Source: a virus | Lineage: Duplodnaviria > Heunggongvirae > Uroviricota > Caudoviricetes | Length of the DNA stretch: 44,521 nt | Strand: one strand, 5' to 3' | Virus record (IMG/VR): IMGVR_UViG_2541047878_000001 | Location: 1 to 44,521 of that record | In this document: positions 18,229 to 28,936 of the stretch, piece after piece | Layout of the letters: each line of letters starts with the position of its first letter | Numbering within the stretch: the stretch's first letter is position 1 | Program-made: the position numbers and the translations under genes | Notes under the pieces: generated by a model | Told to the model about the DNA's origin: nothing | Databases searched by the model: none | The model's input: only the letters and a program-made list of their open reading frames with translations

Positions 18229-18705
18229 ATGCAGGCACTAAATTCCCAGCGTAAAGCTTTCCTGGATATGGTGGCATGGTCAGAAGGAACGGATAACGGG
18301 CGACAACCGACACGTAACCACGGTTATGATGTTATTGTTGGTGGCGAACTGTTCACTGATTACTCCGATCACCCTCGCAAACTTGTCACGCTAAACCCCA
18401 AACTCAAATCAACAGCCGCCGGACGTTACCAGCTTCTTTCACGCTGGTGGGATGCTTACCGTAAACAGCTTGGCCTGGAAGATTTTTCTCCAGAAAGCCA
18501 GGACGCTGTAGCTCTGCAGCAGATTAAAGAGCGTGGTGCTTTACCGATGATTGACCGCGGCAGTATTCGTCAGGCAATCGACCGTTGCAGCAATATCTGG
18601 GCGTCGTTACCTGGTGCAGGTTACGGTCAGTATGAACATAAAATCGGTGACCTGATTGCCCGATTTAAAAAAGCTGGTGGGGTAGTAAATGAAGCTGAGA
18701 TATAA
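18229..18705 (+). CDS. Endolysin (lambda R-like lytic transglycosylase, 158 aa)
   Basis: Same length as lambda R, with the conserved N-terminal catalytic region (AFLDMVAWSEGTDNG). Confidence 0.8.
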   Translation: MQALNSQRKAFLDMVAWSEGTDNGRQPTRNHGYDVIVGGELFTDYSDHPRKLVTLNPKLKSTAAGRYQLLSRWWDAYRKQLGLEDFSPESQDAVALQQIKERGALPMIDRGSIRQAIDRCSNIWASLPGAGYGQYEHKIGDLIARFKKAGGVVNEAEI

Positions 18706-19081
18706 GCTGGTTATTGTTGCCTTCGTTGTTACCGTCATTGGTTCCTTCATCTGGTCTGCCGGGCATTACTACAGCAAATATCAGCACGAAAAGGAGCGTG
18801 CTGATGAGGCTGTACGAAATGCTGAATCAGCAACTGCCATTACCCGTAACGTTCTGCAATCACAGCAAATCATCAATACAGTTATAGAGGCTAACCAGCA
18901 TGCAAAACAGCAGATCGCACTGGAGTCACAGAGAACCGAGGAAGATATCAAAGTGGCTGTTGCGGATGATGATTGTGCTTCACGTCATGTGCCTGCTGCC
19001 GCTGCTGACCGGTTGCGGAAGTACGCGAACAGTTTACGTACCGATTCCGGCGGTACCGTTGCCAGCAAGCCTGACGACTGA
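18689..19081 (+). CDS. Rz-like inner-membrane spanin
   Basis: N-terminal TM helix followed by a charged coiled-coil region; overlaps the endolysin 3' end. Confidence 0.55.
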   Translation: MKLRYKLVIVAFVVTVIGSFIWSAGHYYSKYQHEKERADEAVRNAESATAITRNVLQSQQIINTVIEANQHAKQQIALESQRTEEDIKVAVADDDCASRHVPAAAADRLRKYANSLRTDSGGTVASKPDD

Positions 19082-19238
19082 AACTCCCCAGCCAGTCATT
19101 CCCGAGCCGCTGACCTATGGGGCCAGTCTGGATCTGAATGTGAGCCTGCTTTCGGCGTTGGGACAATGCAATATTGACAAATCGGGGATTCGAAGTATCG
19201 AGATGCGCCGTAACGCTTTGCTGGCAGCAGGCAAATAG
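18966..19238 (+). CDS. Rz1-like outer-membrane lipoprotein spanin (overlapped arrangement)
   Basis: Lipobox LLTGC after a short signal peptide, proline-rich mature part, in the +1 frame of Rz and extending beyond its stop. Confidence 0.45.
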   Translation: MMIVLHVMCLLPLLTGCGSTRTVYVPIPAVPLPASLTTETPQPVIPEPLTYGASLDLNVSLLSALGQCNIDKSGIRSIEMRRNALLAAGK

Positions 19239-19264
19239 TCCGGACAAAGAACAGGAATATATTT

Positions 19265-19615
19265 ATGCCCCCTCGAACTCCAAAAGCCTGCCGCGTTCGC
19301 GGCTGCCGTAATACCACGACAGACCCGTCAGGCTATTGCGAAAGCCACAAAAGCGAAGGCTGGAAGCAATACAAGCCGGGGCAATCCCGTCATCAGCGCG
19401 GCTACGGTTCGAAGTGGGACAGTATCCGCGCGCGCATATTGAAGCGTGACAAAGGCCTGTGTCAGTTATGTCTGCGTGCTGGTGTGGTGCGTGAGGCGAA
19501 AACCGTTGACCACATCATCCCTAAAGCGCATGGCGGCACCGATGCAGACAGTAATCTGCAGAGCCTGTGCTGGCCGTGCCATAAGGCGAAGACGGCCCGT
19601 GAACGGCTAAAGTGA
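19265..19615 (+). CDS. HNH endonuclease (terminase-associated)
   Basis: Cys cluster and HNH motif (VDHIIPKAHGG...N...CWPCH) directly upstream of the small terminase. Confidence 0.8.
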   Translation: MPPRTPKACRVRGCRNTTTDPSGYCESHKSEGWKQYKPGQSRHQRGYGSKWDSIRARILKRDKGLCQLCLRAGVVREAKTVDHIIPKAHGGTDADSNLQSLCWPCHKAKTARERLK

Positions 19616-19639
19616 TAATAATTCTCAACTGTCTGAGGG

Positions 19640-19700
19640 GAGGGGCGGGTCAAATCTCTGTGACCTGACGTCTTCCGGACTGCCCGCCCCATCGTTTTTT
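19640..19700 (+). terminator. GC-rich palindrome with T-run (terminator and/or cos vicinity)
   Basis: GGGGCGGG...CCCGCCCC with inner GGTCA...TGACC symmetry, followed by a run of seven T, between HNH and the small terminase. Confidence 0.3.
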
Positions 19701-19740
19701 TATACCCGCGAAAAATGAAATTTAACCAGGAGTGCCGCAT

Positions 19741-20226
19741 ATGGCTGGAACGGCGGGGCGTTCCGGGCGTCGCCCCAAGCCAACGGCGCGCAAGGCGCTG
19801 GCCGGAAACCCCGGCAAGCGAGCCCTGAATAAAGATGAACCTGTTTTTACGCCCATCAAAGGTGTTGAGCCACCGGAGTGGTTCGCTGAAGAAGATCTCC
19901 CTCTCGCCACGATCATGTGGCAACTGACAACCAAAGAACTCTGCGGTCAGGGCCTGCTGTGCGTGACTGACCTGGCGGTACTTGAGCGGTGGTGTGTGGC
20001 CTATGAATTCTGGCGACGTGCCGTGAAAAATATTGCCAGACAGGGCAACACCATCACCGGTGCAATGGGCGGCATGGTCAAAAATCCGGAGCTGACCGCC
20101 AAAAAAGAACAGGAGTCCGAGATGAGCAGCACGGGGGCAATGCTCGGACTCGACCCCAGCAGCCGCCAGCGTCTGATTGGCCTGGCGGGGAAGAAGAAAG
20201 CCACTAACCCGTTTCTGACAATCTGA
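19741..20226 (+). CDS. Terminase small subunit (P27 family)
   Basis: Start after AGGAG RBS; N-terminal GRSGRRPKP and overall pattern of P27-family small terminases. Confidence 0.75.
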   Translation: MAGTAGRSGRRPKPTARKALAGNPGKRALNKDEPVFTPIKGVEPPEWFAEEDLPLATIMWQLTTKELCGQGLLCVTDLAVLERWCVAYEFWRRAVKNIARQGNTITGAMGGMVKNPELTAKKEQESEMSSTGAMLGLDPSSRQRLIGLAGKKKATNPFLTI

Positions 20227-20239
20227 AAATCATCGAATC

Positions 20240-21973
20240 ATGAGCCGGAAATCTTACCCCAACGTAAATGCAGCCAATCAGTATGCCCGTGATGTCGTGC
20301 GCGGAAAGATTGTGGCCTGCCAGTTTGTGATTCAGGCCTGCCAGCGCCATCTTGATGACCTGATGGCGGAAAAAAGTAAGTCGTTTCGTTACCGCTTCGA
20401 CAAGGACCTGGCTGAACGGGCCGCCAAATTTATTCAGCTGTTGCCGCATACCAAGGGTGAGTGGGCATTCAAACGGATGCCCATCACGCTGGAGCCGTGG
20501 CAGCTCTTTGTGATCTGCTGTGCGTTTGGCTGGGTCAATAAAGGTACCCGGCTGCGCCGCTTCCGGGAGGTGTATACCGAAATCCCCCGTAAGAACGGCA
20601 AATCGGCAATCTCTGCCGGTGTCGCCCTGTATTGTTTTGCCTGTGATAACGAGTTTGGCGCGGAAGTGTATTCCGGTGCCACGACAGAGAAACAGGCGTG
20701 GGAAGTCTTTCGCCCGGCGCGACTGATGTGTAAACGCACACCCATGCTGACGGAAGCGTTCGGGATTGAGGTTAACGCCTCAAACATGAACCGTCCGGAG
20801 GATGGCGCGCGGTTTGAACCGCTGATCGGTAACCCCGGTGATGGATCATCACCCCACTGTGCGGTGGTGGATGAATATCACGAGCACGCCACCGATGCGC
20901 TTTACACCACGATGCTTACCGGGATGGGGGCGCGACGTCAGCCACTGATGTGGGCCATTACTACTGCCGGGTACAACATTGAGGGGCCGTGCTACGACAA
21001 GCGGCGGGAAGTTATCGAGATGCTCAACGGGTCGGTACCCAACGATGAACTGTTCGGGATCATCTATACCGTTGATGAAGGTGACGACTGGACCGACCCG
21101 CAGGTGCTGGAAAAAGCCAATCCAAATATTGGCGTGTCGGTTTATCGCGAATTTTTGTTAAGTCAGCAGCAGCGTGCGAAAAATAACGCCCGTCTGGCAA
21201 ACGTCTTTAAAACAAAACACCTCAATATCTGGGTGTCGGCGCGTTCGGCGTATTTCAACCTGGTGAGCTGGCAGAGCTGCGAGGATAAATCACTGACCCT
21301 TGAGCAGTTCGAGGGGCAGCCGTGCATTCTGGCCTTTGACCTGGCGCGTAAGCTGGATATGAACAGCATGGCGCGACTTTATACCCGCGAGATTGACGGT
21401 AAAACGCATTACTACAGTGTGGCCCCGCGTTTCTGGGTACCGTATGACACGGTGTACAGCGTCGAGAAAAATGAAGATCGACGGACAGCCGAACGCTTTC
21501 AGAAATGGGTGGAAATGGGCGTTCTGACCGTTACCGATGGTGCGGAGGTGGATTATCGCTACATCCTCGAGGAGGCCAAAGCGGCGAACAAAATCAGCCC
21601 GGTCAGTGAGTCACCCATCGACCCCTTCGGGGCGACCGGATTGTCACATGACCTTGCTGATGAAGACCTGAACCCCATCACTATCATTCAGAACTACACC
21701 AACATGTCCGACCCGATGAAAGAGCTGGAAGCGGCAATTGAATCGGGGCGCTTTCATCATGATGGCAATCCCATCATGACCTGGTGTATCGGCAACGTGG
21801 TCGGCAAAACCATTCCGGGTAACGATGATGTGGTGAAGCCCGTCAAAGAGCAGGCGGAAAACAAAATCGATGGTGCAGTTGCGCTGATTATGGCGGTTGG
21901 CAGAGCCATGCTGTACGAGAAAGAAGACACGCTGTCTGACCACATTGAGTCCTATGGGATCCGCTCGCTTTAA
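20240..21973 (+). CDS. Terminase large subunit
   Basis: 577-aa ORF with ATPase and nuclease regions at the canonical position. Confidence 0.85.
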
Positions 21974-21984
21974 CTGAGGTAATT

Positions 21985-22167
21985 ATGATCATGCTGATTC
22001 TCGCGCCTCTGGTGGGCGTGCTGGGGGCGCTTTTGCTGGCGTATGGTGCCTGGCTGATTTATCCCCCGGCGGGGTTTGTTGTTGCCGGGGCGTTGTGTCT
22101 GTTCTGGTCGTGGCTGGTGGCGCGATATCTCGACCGTACACAGTCGTCTGTCGGCGGAGGTAAATAG
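21985..22167 (+). CDS. Small hydrophobic protein (60 aa)
   Basis: Two predicted TM helices; wedged between large terminase and portal. Confidence 0.3.
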
Positions 22168-23408
22168 TGTTCTTTTCGGGATTATTTCAACGAAAAAGTG
22201 ACGCACCGGTGACCACGCCAGCAGAGCTGGCGGATGCTATCGGGTTGTCCTACGACACCTATACCGGAAAGCAGATCAGCAGCCAGCGGGCCATGCGACT
22301 GACGGCGGTTTTTTCCTGTGTCAGGGTGCTGGCGGAGTCGGTCGGGATGTTGCCCTGCAACCTGTATCACCTGAACGGCAGCCTGAAGCAGAGAGCCACT
22401 GGCGAACGTCTGCATAAGCTGATCTCCACGCATCCCAATGGCTATATGACGCCGCAGGAGTTCTGGGAGCTGGTGGTCACCTGTCTGTGCCTGCGGGGAA
22501 ACTTTTACGCCTACAAAGTGAAAGCATTTGGCGAAGTGGCTGAACTGCTGCCCGTCGATCCCGGCTGTGTGGTACCGAAGCTTAACAGTAGCTGGGAGCC
22601 GGTCTATCAGGTCACATTCCCGGATGGCTCCACGGATGTACTGAGCCAGGAGGATATCTGGCATGTGCGCACGCTGACGCTGGACGGACTGGTGGGGCTG
22701 AATCCCATCGCCTATGCCCGCGAGGCAATATCGCTGGCGGCAGCGACCGAAGAGCACGGGGCCAGACTGTTCAGCAATGGCGCGGTGACGTCGGGTGTGT
22801 TGCGTACAGAGCAGACGCTGTCAGATCAGGCTTATGAGCGCCTGAAGAAAGATTTTGAGGAGCGTCACACCGGGCTTGGCAATGCTCACCGCCCGATGAT
22901 CCTTGAGATGGGGCTGGACTGGAAGTCGATGGCGCTGAACGCCGAGGACAGCCAGTTCCTGGAAACCCGCAAGTTTCAGCTTGAAGAAATCTGTCGTCTG
23001 TTCCGGGTGCCGTTGCACATGGTGCAGAACACCGATCGCGCCACCTTCAACAATATCGAAGAGCTGGGGCTGGGATTTATCAACTATTCACTGGTGCCGT
23101 ATCTGACCCGCATCGAACAGCGGATCAACACCGGACTGGTACGAAAAAGTAAGCAGGGCGTTTATTACGCCAAATTTAACGCCGGGGCGTTACTGCGCGG
23201 GGATATGAAGTCCCGTTTTGAAGCCTACGCCACCGGGATCAACTGGGGAATTTACTCTCCCAATGACTGCCGCGACCTGGAAGATATGAATCCGCGTCCC
23301 GGTGGTGATGTCTATCTCACACCGATGAACATGACCACGAAACCCTCCGATGGCAGTAAAGCCGGTAAGCAGAAGGATAACGCCAATGCAGACGAAACAA
23401 CGTCTTGA
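22167..23408 (+). CDS. Portal protein (HK97 family)
   Basis: 413-aa ORF following the terminase, followed by protease and capsid. Confidence 0.8.
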   Translation: MFFSGLFQRKSDAPVTTPAELADAIGLSYDTYTGKQISSQRAMRLTAVFSCVRVLAESVGMLPCNLYHLNGSLKQRATGERLHKLISTHPNGYMTPQEFWELVVTCLCLRGNFYAYKVKAFGEVAELLPVDPGCVVPKLNSSWEPVYQVTFPDGSTDVLSQEDIWHVRTLTLDGLVGLNPIAYAREAISLAAATEEHGARLFSNGAVTSGVLRTEQTLSDQAYERLKKDFEERHTGLGNAHRPMILEMGLDWKSMALNAEDSQFLETRKFQLEEICRLFRVPLHMVQNTDRATFNNIEELGLGFINYSLVPYLTRIEQRINTGLVRKSKQGVYYAKFNAGALLRGDMKSRFEAYATGINWGIYSPNDCRDLEDMNPRPGGDVYLTPMNMTTKPSDGSKAGKQKDNANADETTS

Positions 23409-24036
23409 TGTACCGCTGAGTCTGAAATCTGTCAGTGACTCCGGTGAGTTTGAAGGGTATGGCTCCGTCTTTGGTGTAAAGGACAGCCACGATGATGTGG
23501 TGATGTCCGGGGCATTTGCTGCTTCCCTGCGGGCGTGGAGTGACAGAAAAGCGTTACCTGCGCTGCTCTGGCAGCACCGCATGGATGAACCCATCGGTGT
23601 TTACACCGAAATGAAGGAAGACGATGTCGGGCTTTACGTCAGGGGGCGGTTGCTCATTGATGATGATCCCCTGGCAAAACGCGCACATGCACACATGAAG
23701 GCCGGTTCGTTAACCGGCCTTTCTATTGGGTACGTCCTGAAGGACTGGGAATACGACCGGACGAAAGAAGCCTTTCTGCTGAAAGAAATCGACCTCTGGG
23801 AAGTCAGTCTGGTGACGTTTCCGTCTAACGACGAGGCGCGGATCAGCGACGTCAAGAACGCGCTGGCCCGCGGGGAAATCCCCGAACAGAAAAAAATCGA
23901 AAGAGTCCTGCGTGATGTCGGACTCTCCCGTACCCAGGCCAAAGCATTCATGGCCGGGGGCTATGGCGCACTGTCCCTGCGCGACGCTGAGGATGTGGGC
24001 TCTGCACTGAATGCACTGAAAAATCTGAACTTCTAA
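23386..24036 (+). CDS. Prohead maturation protease (HK97 family)
   Basis: N-terminal FEGYGSVFGVKDSHDDVV... pattern; start placed at the ATG preceded by AAGGA rather than the track ORF start. Confidence 0.7.
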   Translation: MQTKQRLDVPLSLKSVSDSGEFEGYGSVFGVKDSHDDVVMSGAFAASLRAWSDRKALPALLWQHRMDEPIGVYTEMKEDDVGLYVRGRLLIDDDPLAKRAHAHMKAGSLTGLSIGYVLKDWEYDRTKEAFLLKEIDLWEVSLVTFPSNDEARISDVKNALARGEIPEQKKIERVLRDVGLSRTQAKAFMAGGYGALSLRDAEDVGSALNALKNLNF

Positions 24037-24050
24037 TCAGGAGAAATACG

Positions 24051-25256
24051 ATGGCGGTAGATATTAAAGATGTCGAACAGGTCGCGCAGGAGCTGCAGCA
24101 GAAGTTTGACGACTTCAAAGCAAAGAACGACAAGCGCGTGGATGCGATTGAGCAGGAAAAAGGCAAGCTTGCCGGGCAGGTGGAAACCCTGAACGGGAAA
24201 CTCAGCGAGCTGGAAAATCTCAAAAGCGATCTTGAAAAAGAGCTGCTTGAGCTGAAACGTCCGGCAGGTGGCGCGCAAAATAAACTGGCCACCGAGCATA
24301 AAGAAGCGTTTGTGGGCTTTTTGCGTAAAGGCCGTGAAGATGGTCTGCGCGATCTGGAGCGTAAGGCATTGCAGGTGGGCACCGATGAAGACGGTGGCTA
24401 TGCCGTGCCGGAAGCGCTGGATCGCAACATTCTCACCCTGCTGAAAGATGAAGTGGTGATGCGCCAGGAAGCCACGGTGATCACCGTTGGCGGTTCCGAC
24501 TACAAAAAACTGGTGAATCTGGGCGGCACGGCTTCCGGATGGGTGGGGGAAACGGATACGCGATCCCAGACTGCCACCTCCAGACTGGAGCTGATTGAAC
24601 CTCTCATGGGGGAAATCTACGGCAACCCGCAGGCCACCCAGAAAATGCTGGATGATGGCTTCTTCAACGTGGAGGCCTGGATCAACAGCGAGCTGGCAAC
24701 CGAATTTGCCGAACAGGAAGAAATTGCCTTTACCACCGGCGATGGTACCAAGAAGCCGAAAGGGTTCCTGGCGTATGAATCCACTGATGAAACCGATAAG
24801 GTCCGGGCGTTCGGCAAACTTCAGCATATTGTATCCGGCGAAGCGACCGCGGTGACCGCAGACGCCATTATCAAACTGATTTACACGCTGCGAAAGGCAC
24901 ACCGCACTGGCGCGAAGTTCATGATGAACAACAACAGCCTGTTTGCCATCCGTCTGCTGAAAGACACCGAGGGTAACTATCTGTGGCGTCCGGGGCTGGA
25001 ACTGGGGCAGCCGTCCTCTCTGGCGGGTTACGGTATCGCTGAAAACGAACAGATGCCGGATATCGCCGCTGATGCGAAAGCCATTGCATTTGGTAACTTC
25101 AAACGGGGTTACACCATCGTTGACCGTATCGGCACCCGCATTCTGCGTGATCCGTACACCAATAAACCGTTTGTCGGTTTTTATACCACCAAGCGCACCG
25201 GCGGGATGCTGGTCGATTCGCAGGCCATCAAACTGCTGAAGATTGCAGCGGCGTAA
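24051..25256 (+). CDS. Major capsid protein (HK97 fold) with N-terminal scaffolding-like region
   Basis: 401 aa with a coiled-coil N-terminus followed by a capsid-like body, after the protease. Confidence 0.8.
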   Translation: MAVDIKDVEQVAQELQQKFDDFKAKNDKRVDAIEQEKGKLAGQVETLNGKLSELENLKSDLEKELLELKRPAGGAQNKLATEHKEAFVGFLRKGREDGLRDLERKALQVGTDEDGGYAVPEALDRNILTLLKDEVVMRQEATVITVGGSDYKKLVNLGGTASGWVGETDTRSQTATSRLELIEPLMGEIYGNPQATQKMLDDGFFNVEAWINSELATEFAEQEEIAFTTGDGTKKPKGFLAYESTDETDKVRAFGKLQHIVSGEATAVTADAIIKLIYTLRKAHRTGAKFMMNNNSLFAIRLLKDTEGNYLWRPGLELGQPSSLAGYGIAENEQMPDIAADAKAIAFGNFKRGYTIVDRIGTRILRDPYTNKPFVGFYTTKRTGGMLVDSQAIKLLKIAAA

Positions 25257-25305
25257 TCATTCAGGGGCGCGGAACCGCGCCCCCTGTTCTGACGGGTGAA
25301 GAATC

Positions 25306-25506
25306 ATGATCCTGAAACAAGATCTGAAATGGTCACCGGACGGTATGCGTGTTGAGGTCATTCGGGCCGGTGAGTATGACGACGGGGCGCTTCCTGCCCG
25401 GGTGCAGGAGATTGCACTTCAGGCCGGGTTAGCTGAGCGCGGAACCAGTGCAAAAAGCAGTAAAGCGGCAAAAGAGAAAAAAGCCACGACCAGTAAAGAG
25501 AGCTGA
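25306..25506 (+). CDS. Small head-module protein (66 aa)
   Basis: Short ORF with a lysine-rich tail. Confidence 0.3.
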   Translation: MILKQDLKWSPDGMRVEVIRAGEYDDGALPARVQEIALQAGLAERGTSAKSSKAAKEKKATTSKES

Positions 25507-25508
25507 GT

Positions 25509-25832
25509 ATGCTTCTGACAATGGAAGAGATTAAAGCCCAACTCCGGCTGGATGAGGATTTCGATGCTGATGACCGCCATCTGCAACTGCTGGCCTGTGC
25601 GGCGCAAAAGCGGACGGAAACGTATCTGAACCGGAAGCTCTATGCACCGGATGAATCCATTCCGGACAGCGATCCGGACGGGCTGCACCTGCCGGATGAT
25701 ATTCGTCTGGGGATGCTGATGCTTATCAGCCATTTTTACGAAAACCGCTCGTCGGTTACGGAAGTGGAGAAACTCGACATGCCGCAGAGTTTTGGCTGGC
25801 TTGTCGGCCCGTACAGGTACTTTCCGCAATGA
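25509..25832 (+). CDS. Head-tail connector (gp6-like)
   Basis: About 107 aa with the EEIKAQLRLDED start typical of gp6-like connectors. Confidence 0.55.
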   Translation: MLLTMEEIKAQLRLDEDFDADDRHLQLLACAAQKRTETYLNRKLYAPDESIPDSDPDGLHLPDDIRLGMLMLISHFYENRSSVTEVEKLDMPQSFGWLVGPYRYFPQ

Positions 25833-26239
25833 AAATTCGTCAGGCGCAGACCAGCGCAACTTACATTCTGCCGGACCCCGGTGAACTGAATAAATGCGTC
25901 CTGATCCGCCTGCGGGTGGATATGCCCGCGGATAACTTTGGCGTGGAGCCTCAATACCCGGTTACGTTCCGGACATGGGCGAAGGTTATCCAGACCAGTG
26001 CCACCACCTGGCAGGAAACCGCGCAGACCGGGGACGCCATCACCCATTACATCACCATTCGTTACCGCCGGGGGATCACCGCTGATTATGAGGTGGTCTG
26101 CGGTGACAGTGTGTACCGGGTGAAACGTCAGCGCGATCTGAACGGGGCGCGGCGCTTTCTGCTGCTGGAGTGTACGGAGCTGGGCGAATGTAGGCAGAGT
26201 CACGGAGGCAACAATGACGACTTCCTTTTTGCACGTTGA
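25829..26239 (+). CDS. Head-tail adaptor / head closure protein
   Basis: Position and size in the head-tail joining block. Confidence 0.45.
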   Translation: MKIRQAQTSATYILPDPGELNKCVLIRLRVDMPADNFGVEPQYPVTFRTWAKVIQTSATTWQETAQTGDAITHYITIRYRRGITADYEVVCGDSVYRVKRQRDLNGARRFLLLECTELGECRQSHGGNNDDFLFAR

Positions 26240-26720
26240 TTTTCAGCAGCCCGCGGAGATGCGCTTTAACCGCGCCCGTGTCCGGCGGGCGTTTGTCACG
26301 ATTGGTCAGCGTCATATGCGTGATGCCCGTCGGCTGGTGATGCGCCGTGCGCGGTCGGCACCGGGTGAAAACCCTGGTTATCAGACCGGACGCCTGGCTC
26401 GTTCGATTGGTTACATGGTACCCAGAGCCAGTAAACATCGCCCTGGTTTTATGGCACGTATAGCCCCTAACCAGCGTAATGGAGAGGGAAACCGCCGTAT
26501 CACCGGTGATTTTTATCCGGCTTTTTTGTTCTATGGCGTGAGGCGAGGGGCAAAGCGTCGTCGCAGCCATCATCGTGGCGCATCCGGTGGCAGCGGCTGG
26601 CGACTGGCTCCACGTAATAACTTCATGGTGGAAACGCTTGAAAAGAACCGCAGCTGGACACGCTATTTTCTGGCGCGGGAATTGCGTAAATCACTGAAGC
26701 CGGAGCGACGACACAGATGA
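26214..26720 (+). CDS. HK97 gp10-like neck/tail component
   Basis: Basic, arginine-rich protein at the head-tail junction position. Confidence 0.4.
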   Translation: MTTSFLHVDFQQPAEMRFNRARVRRAFVTIGQRHMRDARRLVMRRARSAPGENPGYQTGRLARSIGYMVPRASKHRPGFMARIAPNQRNGEGNRRITGDFYPAFLFYGVRRGAKRRRSHHRGASGGSGWRLAPRNNFMVETLEKNRSWTRYFLARELRKSLKPERRHR

Positions 26721-27277
26721 AACTGACGCCTGTTATTGCTGCACTGCGTGCCCGCTGTCCGTATTTTGAAAACCGGGTTGCAGGCGCGGCCCAGTTCAAA
26801 AATCTGCCGGAGGTCGGAAAGCTGAAACTCCCGGCGGCATATGTTGTACCGGGTGATGATTCTCCGGGAGAAAACAAAAGCCAGACCGACTACTGGCAGG
26901 AGCTGAAAGAGGGCTTCTCCGTGGTTGTCATACTGAGTAACGGGCGTGATGAGCGCGGTCAGTTTGCTTCGTATGATGTGGTGGACGATGTCCGGCAGAT
27001 GCTCTTTAAGGCCCTGCTGGGCTGGAACCCGGAAGCGTGCGGTAACCCGATTACCTATGACGGCGGCACGCTGCTGGATCTGAATCGTCATGAGCTGATT
27101 TATCAGTTCGATTTTTCGGTCATCAGCGAGCTGACCGAAGACGATACCCGCCAGCAGGATGACCTGAACAGTCTGGATGAACTGCGAACGCTGGCGATTG
27201 ATGTTGATTATCTCGATCCCGGTAACGGGCCTGACGGCGATATCGAACATCACACCGAAATACCCCTTCCTTCCTGA
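26717..27277 (+). CDS. Tail-associated structural protein (186 aa)
   Basis: ORF preceding the sheath gene. Confidence 0.4.
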   Translation: MKLTPVIAALRARCPYFENRVAGAAQFKNLPEVGKLKLPAAYVVPGDDSPGENKSQTDYWQELKEGFSVVVILSNGRDERGQFASYDVVDDVRQMLFKALLGWNPEACGNPITYDGGTLLDLNRHELIYQFDFSVISELTEDDTRQQDDLNSLDELRTLAIDVDYLDPGNGPDGDIEHHTEIPLPS

Positions 27278-27439
27278 GGATCATCATGTTTGTGAAACCT
27301 GTTAAAGGGCGGTCAGTGCCTGACCCTGCCCGCGGCGACCTTTTGCCCGCCGAAGGGCGAAATGTTGATGAGAACAACTACTGGCTGCGCCGTGAAGCAG
27401 CTGGTGATATCCGGCGCGTGAATAAAAAGGTGAACACCG

Positions 27440-28936
27440 ATGACGATAAGCTTTAACACCATTCCGTCGAATACGCTGGTTCCGCTGTTTTATGCGGAAA
27501 TGGATAACCAGGCGGCGAATACTGCACAGGACAGCGGAGCATCGCTGCTGATTGGTCATGCCAATAACGGTGCAGAGATTGTTGCCAACAGTCTGGTGCT
27601 GATGCCGTCGGCAGACTATGCACGCCAGATTTGTGGTGCGGGAAGTCAGCTGGCGCGTATGGTCGAGGCTTATCGCCAGACCGACCCGTTTGGTGAGCTG
27701 TATGTGATTGCCGTTCCGGAAGCCACAGGTGCGGCGGCAACGGTTACGCTGACGGTGACCGGGGAAGCAACCGAAAGCGGCACGGTGAATGTCTATGTGG
27801 GACGTACCCGCGTGCAGGCTCCGGTGACCAACGGCGATAACGTCACGACGATTGCCAGCAGTATCAAAGATGCCATCAATGCCGTTCCGACTCTGCCGTT
27901 TACAGCTTCATCTTCGGCTGGCGTGGTCACACTGACCGCGCGTCATAAGGGGCTTTGCGGGAATGAAATTCCTGTCAGCCTCAATTACTACGGCTTTGGT
28001 GGGGGCGAAGTGCTGCCTGCGGGCGTACAGATTGCCGTGGCGACGGGGACCGCCGGAACGGGCTCTCCTGTTCTCACCGGCGCGGTGGCTGCAATGGCGG
28101 ATGAGCCGTTTGATTATATCGGCCTGCCGTTCAACGACACGGCCTCCGTTAACACGCTGGTGACCGAGATGAACGATACCAGCGGTCGCTGGAGCTATGC
28201 GCGTCAGCTGTATGGTCATGTGTATACGGCAAAGATCGGCACGCTGTCAGAACTGGTGACCGCAGGTGACCAGTTTAACCAGCAGCACATTACCCTGGCG
28301 GGGTACGAAAAAGAGACCCAGACGCCTGCTGACGAGCTGGCGGCAAGCCGTACCGCCCGCGCAGCGGTGTTTATTCGCAACGATCCGGCACGTCCCACGC
28401 AGACCGGTGAGCTGGTGGGTATGCTGCCTGCGCCGAAGGGGAAACGGTTCACGATGACCGAACAACAGACCCTGCTGTCTCATGGCGTGGCAACGGCGTA
28501 TGTCGAAAGCGGGGTGCTACGCATTCAGCGTGATGTCACCACGTACAGGAAAAACGCTTACGGGGTTGCGGATAACAGCTACCTCGACAGTGAGACACTG
28601 CATACCAGCGCGTATGTACTGCGCAAACTGAAATCCGTCATTACCAGTAAGTACGGGCGTCACAAGCTTGCCAGTGACGGTACCCGCTTTGGTCCCGGTC
28701 AGGCGATTGTCACCCCGGCGGTGATCAAAGGGGAACTGCTGGCAACCTACCGTCAGCTTGAGCGTGCGGGGATCGTGGAAAACTACGAACTGTTTAAGCA
28801 GTACCTGGTTGTGGAGCGTGATGCCAGCGATCCGAACCGCCTGAACACGCTGTTCCCGCCTGACTATGTTAACCAGTTGCGTGTCTTTGCCGTGGTTAAC
28901 CAGTTCCGTCTTCAGTATTCAGAGGAGTCTGCATAA
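27440..28936 (+). CDS. Contractile tail sheath protein
   Basis: 498-aa ORF followed by a 118-aa tube gene; N-terminus typical of Mu/P2-type sheath proteins. Confidence 0.8.
   Translation: MTISFNTIPSNTLVPLFYAEMDNQAANTAQDSGASLLIGHANNGAEIVANSLVLMPSADYARQICGAGSQLARMVEAYRQTDPFGELYVIAVPEATGAAATVTLTVTGEATESGTVNVYVGRTRVQAPVTNGDNVTTIASSIKDAINAVPTLPFTASSSAGVVTLTARHKGLCGNEIPVSLNYYGFGGGEVLPAGVQIAVATGTAGTGSPVLTGAVAAMADEPFDYIGLPFNDTASVNTLVTEMNDTSGRWSYARQLYGHVYTAKIGTLSELVTAGDQFNQQHITLAGYEKETQTPADELAASRTARAAVFIRNDPARPTQTGELVGMLPAPKGKRFTMTEQQTLLSHGVATAYVESGVLRIQRDVTTYRKNAYGVADNSYLDSETLHTSAYVLRKLKSVITSKYGRHKLASDGTRFGPGQAIVTPAVIKGELLATYRQLERAGIVENYELFKQYLVVERDASDPNRLNTLFPPDYVNQLRVFAVVNQFRLQYSEESA

Noticed and set aside
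19732-26573. Numerous minus-strand ORFs antisense to the head genes (for example 24033-24902, 25419-25859, 26076-26573)
   Set aside because: GC-rich antisense frames of well-supported structural genes; no RBS or operon logic.
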